Virus record (IMG/VR): IMGVR_UViG_3300022552_000007
Length of the DNA: 20,000 nucleotides
From: an uncultured virus (IMG/VR IMGVR_UViG_3300022552_000007)
Lineage: Duplodnaviria > Heunggongvirae > Uroviricota > Caudoviricetes
Direction: 5' to 3' (one strand)
The notes below the pieces were generated by a model. It did not search any database. It saw nothing but the letters and a program-made list of their open reading frames with translations, and was not told the origin of the DNA. This document shows, one piece after another, positions 1 through 8,034 of this stretch. The position numbers and the translations under genes are program-made. Each line of letters opens with the position of its first letter. Position 1 is the first letter of the stretch.

Positions 1-2832
1 CGGTACGCCGAAGGGATGATTCCGATCTTGGAAAACATTGCTGCCAAGACCCTCATGACTGGTGAGCAAGTCACTGCTTTGGCCAATGCCTTTGCTCGCG
101 TTGGCGTGTTCCTCGATCCGGGCAATACCCGGCAGATGGCAGCTTTTACCGCCGTGGCCAACGCTCTGCCCATTTTGACCCGTGGGCAGGAAATCATGAA
201 ACAGATCAATACGGAAATCCGCGCTTTGACCCAAGGCACCAACATGGCCACTTCCATGTTGCTTACTACCCTTCATGCCTTAGACCCCTTGATTAAAAAA
301 CACATCATTAAGTGGCGTGAAGAAAACACCGTGTTGGAACATATTGGTGAAATGCTTTCCGGTTTTATTCCGGCCTCAAAACTCCTGGCCGAACAATGGC
401 AGGCCATTAAGAATGCGTTGATTACGGTGTGGAAGCAGACGTTGCGTGGCGGAATGCTGGGCGCTTACAAAGAGATCATCGCAATCGTCAAGAAGCTGAC
501 TGAATGGATTAAGGTACACCGGGATCAAATTTCGCAAGGGTTGGCGACTGCGTGGGCAGTGGTGTTGGAAACAATAAAATTGGTCGGAAACGCCCTGCGT
601 CCTTGGGGGCCGCTCATCAAAGAAGTGGCGCATGAATTACAATTTGTGGCTTCTTTATATGTTCGAATTGCAGGGCTGATAAATGATGCGGCAGCGCGGC
701 AAAAGGGCATTATTTGGCATACTATACAATGGGTTCAATATCTGAAAGCTGCGTATATGTGGCTGGGCTATGTTGCCACGTTTGATTTTAAAAACGCTAG
801 AAAAGCTGTTGATGAGATGCAGGCGCGTTTTGATGCTATTTTCAATGATATAGCCGGTGCGTACAAGGAAAATCCCATAGAAGAAGTTGTGGATACCATC
901 GAAAGTTCTGCAAAAAGAACTAGTAAGCTGATGAAGATCCTGGAAATGGACACCAGCAAAGCCTTTCAAAAAATTGGGGAAGGTGCATTGGGCGTGAGGG
1001 ATTCTTTATCAAAAGCTGCGGAAGCGCTTGATTTTACCCTGCCATCTATCACTGCTTTTCAGGCCGAAGAAACTGCGCATCTCTTTGAAAAGGCAGTGGA
1101 GGATGCTGAAAAGTTGGTCAATGCTTCCACCATCAAATTGAACACGCTCCAGAAGGCTTGGGTTTCGGGCAACCGCGAAGCATTGATGGCCATTTTGCGC
1201 GGAATGAATGAAGATGCTACATGGACTGCCTCAGAAATGGACGAGGTTTATAGGTCCACCGTTGAAATGTTGAAATATATAATAGATTCGACAACGGGAG
1301 ACCTTGAGCGCTTGCGCAAAGAATATGAAAAAACAATGAAAAAGCTGCGGGAAGAATCGGCTGTTGGGCAGGCTTTTAAGTTGTTGGGCTTTAAAACGAG
1401 CGCGGGCAAACAATCGGAAGAAAAAGAAATACGTGATGCGTATAAGATTGTCGTCACCAATATTGAAAAGGAATTAGTGCGAGCCAGGGCGGAACTAGCT
1501 CAGTTCGAACGTGCGGGCGTACCGGCTCCAGGAGTGGTCAGTGCCGCGGTTCTTGCCGATTTAGAACAAAAAAAGAAAGCATACCGCGAAAAGATTCAGG
1601 GCTTGGAAACGGATTTGAAGGCTGCGGGCAAACGAATGCAGGAAGCCATAGACAAAATTTACGGTGTGGGCAGCCGTCGTCGCGGCGGCAAGTCCCAATT
1701 CCAGACCGATCTGGAAAATTGGAAAAAGACCGCAGAAGAATTGCAGAAGGAATTGCGTTACCTGGGCGTGGAAGGTATCGAAAAGGAATTGATGGAAATC
1801 GAAGACCGATACCAGGAATTGCGCAACATGCCGCGGGCAGACAAAGGTTTAATAGATGAGTGGAAAAGCAAGAAAGTGGTTCAGGCTTGGATCGAAGAAG
1901 GCAAGCAGCTAAAGGATCTGGACCCGCTACTCCAGAAACACAAGGGGATGTTGGAAGCGGAGCGTCGGGCACAGGAGCTTCTTGGGGAAGCTGCGGAACA
2001 GGCTCGTTGGAAGGAAATTCAGGCATTGGCGAATGTCGGCGATGCTTACAAGGAATTCCGCGCCGCTTCTACCGATGAAGAAAAGCAGCGAATCGCAGAA
2101 ATGATTTACGCGAGCAAAAAGTGGCAGGATGCCTATCGACTGTCGTTGGATGATTACGCAGCGCACGCAGCAAAGGTTGGCGGGCAGGTGTACGATGTGA
2201 TGACAGATGCCCTGTACAAGACGGAAGATGCCTTGATGGAATTCTGTATGACGGGCAAGGCGAGCTTTGCCGACCTCGCCAATTCTATCATAGAAGACAT
2301 CATGCGGATCTACGTCCGTTCGCAGATCCTTGGTCCGATTGCGGAAGGTATTGGTCAGGGCGATTGGTTGACGAAAGCAGTTGGTTTTGTGGGCGGCATT
2401 TTATCCGGCGGTAGCGGTTTCGCAGGTCCGACACATATCGGGGCGGGAGGAACTACGGCCTTTAATATGGCCAAAGGCGGTTTCCTGCCCAACGATACCA
2501 GTCATGTAAATAAGGTGCTCACCAAGCCTACCTTTATTCCCTTTGCCGCAGGGGGCGTGCTTGCGGGCGAAGCAGGCAAGGAAGCCGTCATGCCGCTTAC
2601 TCGCACCAGCTCGGGCAATTTGGGAGTGGAAGCTATTGGTCTGAAAAGGGGTCAAGGTGTTACGGTCAACATTCACGAAGCTCCCGGCACTCGCGCCAAT
2701 GTGCAAACTAGTGATGACGGGATGAGCGTGGATGTGTTCATTGAACAGATTGAAAACACTATTTCCGGTCGGATTTCTCGGGGGACCGGGCTTGGTTCTT
2801 TCCTTGACAGCCGATATCGTAGGAGGATGTGA
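1..2832 (+). CDS. Phage tail tape measure protein (5'-truncated by the window edge)
   Basis: The frame is open from base 1. The protein is long, Ala/Glu/Lys-rich and helical. Its C-terminus has lambda-type TMP motifs (EDALMEFCMTGKASFADLANSIIEDI; AKGG...FAAGGVLAGEAGKEAVMPLTR...LGV), and tail-tip genes follow. Confidence 0.92.
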   Translation, partial: RYAEGMIPILENIAAKTLMTGEQVTALANAFARVGVFLDPGNTRQMAAFTAVANALPILTRGQEIMKQINTEIRALTQGTNMATSMLLTTLHALDPLIKKHIIKWREENTVLEHIGEMLSGFIPASKLLAEQWQAIKNALITVWKQTLRGGMLGAYKEIIAIVKKLTEWIKVHRDQISQGLATAWAVVLETIKLVGNALRPWGPLIKEVAHELQFVASLYVRIAGLINDAAARQKGIIWHTIQWVQYLKAAYMWLGYVATFDFKNARKAVDEMQARFDAIFNDIAGAYKENPIEEVVDTIESSAKRTSKLMKILEMDTSKAFQKIGEGALGVRDSLSKAAEALDFTLPSITAFQAEETAHLFEKAVEDAEKLVNASTIKLNTLQKAWVSGNREALMAILRGMNEDATWTASEMDEVYRSTVEMLKYIIDSTTGDLERLRKEYEKTMKKLREESAVGQAFKLLGFKTSAGKQSEEKEIRDAYKIVVTNIEKELVRARAELAQFERAGVPAPGVVSAAVLADLEQKKKAYREKIQGLETDLKAAGKRMQEAIDKIYGVGSRRRGGKSQFQTDLENWKKTAEELQKELRYLGVEGIEKELMEIEDRYQELRNMPRADKGLIDEWKSKKVVQAWIEEGKQLKDLDPLLQKHKGMLEAERRAQELLGEAAEQARWKEIQALANVGDAYKEFRAASTDEEKQRIAEMIYASKKWQDAYRLSLDDYAAHAAKVGGQVYDVMTDALYKTEDALMEFCMTGKASFADLANSIIEDIMRIYVRSQILGPIAEGIGQGDWLTKAVGFVGGILSGGSGFAGPTHIGAGGTTAFNMAKGGFLPNDTSHVNKVLTKPTFIPFAAGGVLAGEAGKEAVMPLTRTSSGNLGVEAIGLKRGQGVTVNIHEAPGTRANVQTSDDGMSVDVFIEQIENTISGRISRGTGLGSFLDSRYRRRM

Positions 2833-3182
2833 TGGCTGCTGTAGCATGGCCAGAAACATTGCCAGCGCCACTACATGAACATTCTCAGGAATACGTCAAT
2901 GGACTTGCAAATCCAGATGAAGTGCTATGGCCGCAAAGGGTGCGTCGCATCCCGGATTTGAAAGATTCTCTTAGGTGGGTATTCACTCAAGAGCAGATGG
3001 AATCGTTTCGGGATTTTTTCTACACCGATTTGAATGCGGGCTGTGCCTGGTTTTCGGCTGATTGGGTGTCTTTGCTTTTTGATGACGCGGATTATGTGCG
3101 GTTTGACGGGGTTTATTCCAGTCAGTTGATAGGCGATGGCTTGTGGTCGGTGTCTGGTGCGGTGGAGGTCATGCGGATATGA
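2832..3182 (+). CDS. Minor tail / distal tail (Dit-like) protein, paralogue 1
   Basis: TGATG overlap with the TMP stop and an AGGAGG RBS at 2821-2826 favour the ATG at 2832. Motifs WPETLPAP...WVFTQEQMESFRDFFYTDLNAGCAWF...VRF...WSVSGAVEV are typical of the small gene after TMP in siphoviruses. Confidence 0.75.
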   Translation: MAAVAWPETLPAPLHEHSQEYVNGLANPDEVLWPQRVRRIPDLKDSLRWVFTQEQMESFRDFFYTDLNAGCAWFSADWVSLLFDDADYVRFDGVYSSQLIGDGLWSVSGAVEVMRI

Positions 3183-3565
3183 CGTTAACTTCCTGGCCAA
3201 GTGGGGTGTCTGCGCCAAGCGTGGGCGATTTGCGGATTATTCCCACAGAATCTGTCAAGATCCGCAGGTTGGAAAGTGGCCGAGTGGAGGTTCGTCGGTT
3301 TGGTTCAGGAGCACCTTACCGTTTCGAGGGCAGCATTGAGATGAGTCAGACAGAATATGAGACATTTTGTCAATGGTACGAAGGCGACCATGAGCTCGGC
3401 ACAGTGTGGAGCGAAGCGGATTGGCTATCTACCATTGGATTTTCTTCCGATACTTATGTTGTTCGTGTTATTGTGCTACCAAAGGCAGCTCGGCACAACG
3501 GGCACCGGGCAACGGTTTCTTTCAACTTACTAGTGCAAGATAGGGCAAAGGTAAGTGAAGCGTGA
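3179..3565 (+). CDS. Minor tail / Dit-like protein, paralogue 2
   Basis: ATGA overlap places the start at 3179 (MTLTSWPSGVSAP...). It shares WPxxxxxP, RRxESGRxEVRRFGSG and GxxWxxADW motifs with its neighbours. Confidence 0.7.
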   Translation: MTLTSWPSGVSAPSVGDLRIIPTESVKIRRLESGRVEVRRFGSGAPYRFEGSIEMSQTEYETFCQWYEGDHELGTVWSEADWLSTIGFSSDTYVVRVIVLPKAARHNGHRATVSFNLLVQDRAKVSEA

Positions 3566-4869
3566 CGCGGCTCGTATATTTACCGACATCTGTAAGTTGG
3601 CCGGAGGGGGTTCCGCCCCCACTACGGTGGAAGGTTGGCACGTCTCCGCTGCCCACGGTAAAATCACGAAGAACAGAAAGTGGAAGAACCGAAGTTCGTC
3701 GGTTTGGTTCAGGGGAACCAGACAAATTGGAGGCCGTGTGGCTACTGACCGCAAGCGAGTACCAAATTTTCCGTCGTTTCTACGAAGGTCCGCCTTGGTA
3801 CGCAGAAGACGGCGTGCGGCTGGATTGTCAATTAGGCACCGTGTGGATAACGGCGGATTGGCTTTGGGAACTCGGTTATTACCATCACGAGATCCGTTTT
3901 TGGAGTTCCCCCCGAGTCCGGCGCTTTGGCGCAGCGGTGGAAGTTACCGCGACCATGTTAATTCAGCACGAGGATCGCATTATGCGGGAATGGCCACTAT
4001 GGGAATGGACTTGTTTTCCAATGGCGGCCCGCGTCACCCATTTTTACTCCGAGCAGTTGATTCACGGACTTTCGACGGCACGGGTAACGGATTTATACAG
4101 CGAGCAGTTGATTCACGGACTTGCGAAGGTTCGGGTAACCCATTTCTACAGCGAAGTCCTTTACCTTCCGAAGGCAAAGCCGCGGGTAACCCATTTCTAC
4201 AGCGAAGTCCTTTACCTTCCGAAGGCAAAGCCGCGGGTAACCCATTTCTACAGCGAAGTCCTTCGGGAAGGTGGCGCTGTTGCCAGGACCACCCGTTTTT
4301 ACGCAGAAGTGCTTTTCAGTATTCCGTGGGGCGGAGGCCCCGGCAGCGAAGGAGGAATGTTTGATGGTATTTGCAGGGTTGCTTCCAGAGGGGTTTCTTT
4401 ACTGGATGGCCGGGCGCATATCCTTCCGAATCAGTTCGATGGTAAGGCGGTGGTTAAGGATGTTGCTACCGATCAGTTTGACGGCAAGGCAACTTTGGGC
4501 ACTCCTGTCGTGGAACAGTTCGATGGTCAGGTGTTGGTTGAGCAAGCTCCTGTTAATACCTTTGATGGCAAGGCCGTGGTGGTGTTGCCTGTTTACGCTC
4601 GCATTACTCAACAGTACGCGGAGGTGGCCGGAAAAGATTTGTCAGACGAAGCTCGTGTCACTCAACAGTACGCGGAGGTGGCCGGAAAAGATTTGTCAGA
4701 CGAAGCTCGTGTCACTCAACAGTACGCGGAGGTGGCCTGGCGGCCGCCTTTAAACAGGTTTGATGGAAAAGTTCGCATTAAAGATGAAAATACAATTTCC
4801 TTTGATGGAGAAGTTCATATTAAGGATGAAAACACAGCTTCATTTGATGGAAAGGCCGTTGTTGAATAG
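3562..4869 (+). CDS. Tail protein: N-terminal Dit-like domain plus C-terminal repeat scaffold (RxTxxYxE and FDG repeats)
   Basis: GTGA overlap with the upstream gene. The first ~140 aa are clearly paralogous to 3179-3565. The remainder consists of 17-aa, 18-aa and ~14-aa repeats. Confidence 0.75.
   Translation: MTRLVYLPTSVSWPEGVPPPLRWKVGTSPLPTVKSRRTESGRTEVRRFGSGEPDKLEAVWLLTASEYQIFRRFYEGPPWYAEDGVRLDCQLGTVWITADWLWELGYYHHEIRFWSSPRVRRFGAAVEVTATMLIQHEDRIMREWPLWEWTCFPMAARVTHFYSEQLIHGLSTARVTDLYSEQLIHGLAKVRVTHFYSEVLYLPKAKPRVTHFYSEVLYLPKAKPRVTHFYSEVLREGGAVARTTRFYAEVLFSIPWGGGPGSEGGMFDGICRVASRGVSLLDGRAHILPNQFDGKAVVKDVATDQFDGKATLGTPVVEQFDGQVLVEQAPVNTFDGKAVVVLPVYARITQQYAEVAGKDLSDEARVTQQYAEVAGKDLSDEARVTQQYAEVAWRPPLNRFDGKVRIKDENTISFDGEVHIKDENTASFDGKAVVE
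4027..4314 (+). repeat. Intragenic 51-nt (17-aa) tandem repeat, 6 units, xR(V/T)TxxY(S/A)E(Q/V)L
   Basis: Arg codons fall at 4030, 4081, 4132, 4183, 4234 and 4285. The stretch 4132-4263 is a perfect repeat (2 full units plus 30 nt). Confidence 0.95.
4597..4737 (+). repeat. Intragenic 54-nt (18-aa) tandem repeat, about 2.6 units, AR(I/V)TQQYAEVAGKDLSDE
   Basis: Units start at 4597, 4651 and 4705 and are near-identical at DNA level. Confidence 0.95.
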
Positions 4870-4884
4870 TAAGGGGGGTTGGTT

Positions 4885-5928
4885 ATGGCGATACATCTTA
4901 TGACAGGATTTGAGGGATGTAATAGTGTAGGAGAATGCTATGCGATTTTAAATGCCTATGCGCTTTATCTAAGTCATGGAAGCAGTAATTTTGAACCGAC
5001 CGGTGGGTTCAATTCGTCCCGAGGATTGCGGCTAAATGTGGATGATAGCATTGTTGACAACAGAGGAGTTCGTTTACTATGCATTTTGCCAACTGCGCTT
5101 GTTGGAAAAACAGTGGCTGCCGGTTGTTATTTTAAGGCGTCTGTTTTGGGGTATAAGTTGGACAATTACGGATCAGGAACAATTCTCGGCTTTCATGGCC
5201 CTGATATTAAAATTATGAGTACTTCTATAGGAGGATTGAAAATTTTTCGTGGGTCAACAGAACTGAAGGAAATCGCCGCTGGCCTTGTTGCAAATCAATG
5301 GTTCCATATTGAAGTGTGCTTATTTTCAGATGCTTCAGCGGGCACTATTGTAATAAAAGTAAACGGACATGAAATATGTAATGAATCTGGCTTGAATACA
5401 GACGGCCAAGATATCACAGGCATTCGATTGAGCTCACCATACACAAAGCATGGCAATTCGTATTATGATAACATCTACTTTGCAGATGAACTCCAGGGAA
5501 TGCTCCAAATGTCTTTAGCTCGCCCAAACGGTGACTATGACGCGGACGATTTTACTTGTTCATCAGGGACAGATCGTTATGCTTTGATTGATGAGGATTA
5601 TGACGGCGACGCTTCTTATATTGAAAGCGACACAGTTGGGCATCAAGCTATTTTTGATTATGAGGATTACGCGGCAGGTGGTACTGTTGTTGCTGTTCAA
5701 GTGAATACCATAGCAAAACAGACAGATTCAGGCAGATCTATCAAGCATGTTTTTGTTCAAGATTCATCAGTGTATGATGGAGATGAATTTGCTCTTGGAT
5801 TAGATTATCCTGGGCAAGGTGCGTTGATTCCACCATATTTTGAAGTGTTGAACACTCTTCCAGACGGTTCTGCTTGGACAACGTCTGGTTTTAACGATCT
5901 TAAAATCGGAGTTGAAGTGAGCGCGTAA
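4885..5928 (+). CDS. Virion protein with a ConA/LamG-like N-terminal domain and an acidic beta-rich C-terminal domain (putative adhesin), paralogue 1
   Basis: AAGGGGGG at 4871-4878 favours the ATG at 4885. LamG-like motifs NQWFHIEV...GTIVIKVNG...YYDNIYF are present, and the gene lies in the tail operon. Confidence 0.65.
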   Translation: MAIHLMTGFEGCNSVGECYAILNAYALYLSHGSSNFEPTGGFNSSRGLRLNVDDSIVDNRGVRLLCILPTALVGKTVAAGCYFKASVLGYKLDNYGSGTILGFHGPDIKIMSTSIGGLKIFRGSTELKEIAAGLVANQWFHIEVCLFSDASAGTIVIKVNGHEICNESGLNTDGQDITGIRLSSPYTKHGNSYYDNIYFADELQGMLQMSLARPNGDYDADDFTCSSGTDRYALIDEDYDGDASYIESDTVGHQAIFDYEDYAAGGTVVAVQVNTIAKQTDSGRSIKHVFVQDSSVYDGDEFALGLDYPGQGALIPPYFEVLNTLPDGSAWTTSGFNDLKIGVEVSA

Positions 5929-5940
5929 GGAGAAGCAGTC

Positions 5941-7155
5941 ATGGCCAACATAGAATTTTTTACCGGTTTTGATGGGATGGGCACCACTGCCGATATGTAT
6001 GCTTTTTTCGAAAATAGAGGCACAATAGATAATACGTATAATGCTTTTCTTGATACCACCAATGGCTATAACGATTCTCATTGTTTACAATTGAAAGCAA
6101 CTCTTACAAGAGATGCGCCTTGGATAGAAAAAGAAGTCATTGCAGGAAAAGTGAAGACCATAGGATTTCATTGTAAAATACCCGATAGCAATATCTATGC
6201 TTCGACGTTGGTCACGATCCGTTTTTCCTCTGGACGGAATTACTACGTGAAGGCGCCCGCTGGTGGGGAAGGCATTAGTATTTATGAACACAGTACAAAG
6301 CTCGCGGATAGTGGCGGAATCGGCGTTCCTGGCACTCTTAGCCATCTTGAAATAAAAATGCATAGCGATTCAGTAAATGGGTATTTCGGTGTGAAGTTAA
6401 ACGGGATTTTGATCATTGATTATTACGGCCCAACTAACGGTTCCGATGTTATTGCGTTTCGTCTTCACGGATTGAATTGCGTGGATCTTAAAGTGTATAA
6501 CAGTTATTTCGACAATCTTTTCATTGCTGATGATTGGGTTGGAGAATGCCGGGCCGTTGTAAAGCGCCCTTCACAGGATATTATTTCCGAGTTTGAACCG
6601 AGTAATGTAAGCGCATTCAATTATACAATGGTGAATGATGCGGGCGGGCACGACGCTGATGAGACTTACAATGAGACAGAAGACAGCGCCATTGATCTTT
6701 TTGAATTCGAAGATTTCGATCAGGATGTGTCCATTAAGGCCGTAAGTCTTGTGGGTGTCGCCAGAAAAACAGATGTGAGCGAATACCCGGTTATGTTTCG
6801 GTTTTTGGCACATGACGGCGATGTTTCTTGGGATTCTTCCGGCGCTGTTGATTCTTCCGGTTCCGGCGACTCTTCATTATCTTCTGAGGAATATAATGAA
6901 TTGATCGAAGAAATGTATTACGGCAATGAATACGCGCTTGATACGGTGTACCCGCAGGCACTTAATTCTGGCTATTTTCAATGTTTTTCACAAACCCCCA
7001 ACGGAGAAGAATGGACAAAAGAGGTTTTTGAAAACTATCTATGGGGTTATTGGGGTCGGGTACCGGTGCTTTCCACCACCAATTTTGACGGCAAGGTGAA
7101 ACTTATCCGGGATCTGAATTTCGACGGCAAAGCAGAGGTGACAGATGGAACTTAA
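5941..7155 (+). CDS. Virion protein with a ConA/LamG-like domain, paralogue 2, ending in two FDGK motifs
   Basis: AAGGAG RBS. It aligns by eye with 4885-5928 (TGFDG/TGFEG, HLEI/HIEV, KLNG/KVNG, SYFDNLFIAD/SYYDNIYFAD, PNGEEWT/PDGSAWT). Confidence 0.65.
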   Translation: MANIEFFTGFDGMGTTADMYAFFENRGTIDNTYNAFLDTTNGYNDSHCLQLKATLTRDAPWIEKEVIAGKVKTIGFHCKIPDSNIYASTLVTIRFSSGRNYYVKAPAGGEGISIYEHSTKLADSGGIGVPGTLSHLEIKMHSDSVNGYFGVKLNGILIIDYYGPTNGSDVIAFRLHGLNCVDLKVYNSYFDNLFIADDWVGECRAVVKRPSQDIISEFEPSNVSAFNYTMVNDAGGHDADETYNETEDSAIDLFEFEDFDQDVSIKAVSLVGVARKTDVSEYPVMFRFLAHDGDVSWDSSGAVDSSGSGDSSLSSEEYNELIEEMYYGNEYALDTVYPQALNSGYFQCFSQTPNGEEWTKEVFENYLWGYWGRVPVLSTTNFDGKVKLIRDLNFDGKAEVTDGT

Positions 7156-7624
7156 TGATGCCATAAAACAAGCATACGAGTTCGCCCCTGCGGACGAAAT
7201 CTACTACGATACACTTCAGTTAGATAATGACTGTTTCACGGAACCAATCAAGGTAGTGGACAGTTACGAGGAGTTGGTGACGAACCAAGGAACTTTTCTC
7301 CCGGTAAGATTTAGTTTCAAGCTTCCCGAAGTGGGCAGTGGCATCCGCGGCCAAATGACCATTACCGTGATGGGAGTGCCTTTGTCTGCGAGAAATATCA
7401 TTCGGGTGGCGGCTAGCCAGACATACGTGACTACGGTGACCTACCGTCAATATCTCAAAGGCGACATGGACCCCAGTGCGTATTTTCCAGTGCCGTTGTC
7501 GGTGCAAAAAATTGTTGAGAATTATGATGGAATAGAATTCACGGCAGTCGTGCCGGATCTGACAGCGCTGTATTTCCCCCGTCGTCTGATGGATACCACC
7601 AATTTACCAGGGGCGCGATTCTAA
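7145..7624 (+). CDS. DUF1833-family minor tail (hub) protein
   Basis: AYEFAPADEIYYDTLQL...FLPVRFSFKLPE...VTYRQYL...FPRRL matches the family pattern, and the gene sits directly before NlpC/P60 and the tail tip gene. Confidence 0.8.
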   Translation: MELNDAIKQAYEFAPADEIYYDTLQLDNDCFTEPIKVVDSYEELVTNQGTFLPVRFSFKLPEVGSGIRGQMTITVMGVPLSARNIIRVAASQTYVTTVTYRQYLKGDMDPSAYFPVPLSVQKIVENYDGIEFTAVVPDLTALYFPRRLMDTTNLPGARF

Positions 7625-8034
7625 TGGAACACTGGTCTGACAAATACATTGGGCTGCCTTGGACGGAGGAACAAGACTGCTTTTTCCTAGTGAAAGAGGT
7701 CCAGGAAAAGGAATTCGGAAGAGATATTTTCGTGGATATCCCGCATTTTCAGACGCACAAGAATCCCGCCCTGTCCATTGCCAAGCTGTTGACAAATGAA
7801 CAATTTGTCAAAAAGCTGAAGACTGTACACTGGTATGAAGTGGATAAAGCATCTGATGGAGACATCCTATTTCTATCCCAACGGACGGTCCCGCATCATG
7901 TTGGAGTGGCGGCTTTCGTGGGCCATCAAATGGAAGTGCTGCATTCTTTGGATGGAATTGGTGTTTTGCGAAGTACAATGCTGTCTTTGCGTGCCAACGC
8001 CTGGAAGGTAGCTAGGATTGTGACATGGAGATAA
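7624..8034 (+). CDS. NlpC/P60-family tail assembly protein
   Basis: KYIGLPW...DCFFLV (catalytic Cys)...GDILF...HVGV...VLHS; TAATG overlap with the upstream gene. Confidence 0.85.
   Translation: MEHWSDKYIGLPWTEEQDCFFLVKEVQEKEFGRDIFVDIPHFQTHKNPALSIAKLLTNEQFVKKLKTVHWYEVDKASDGDILFLSQRTVPHHVGVAAFVGHQMEVLHSLDGIGVLRSTMLSLRANAWKVARIVTWR

Noticed and set aside
3555..4364. 269-aa overlapping ORF
   Set aside because: It is a shadow frame of 3562-4869 with Arg/Ser-rich composition. The real frame is supported by paralogy and stop/start coupling.
4027..4737. Possible CRISPR array
   Set aside because: The units are in-frame 51/54-nt coding repeats with repeated rather than unique spacers, and no cas genes are present.
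7789..7811. 9-bp inverted repeat TTGACAAAT/ATTTGTCAA
   Set aside because: It lies inside the NlpC/P60 CDS as a single AT-rich copy, so chance is plausible.
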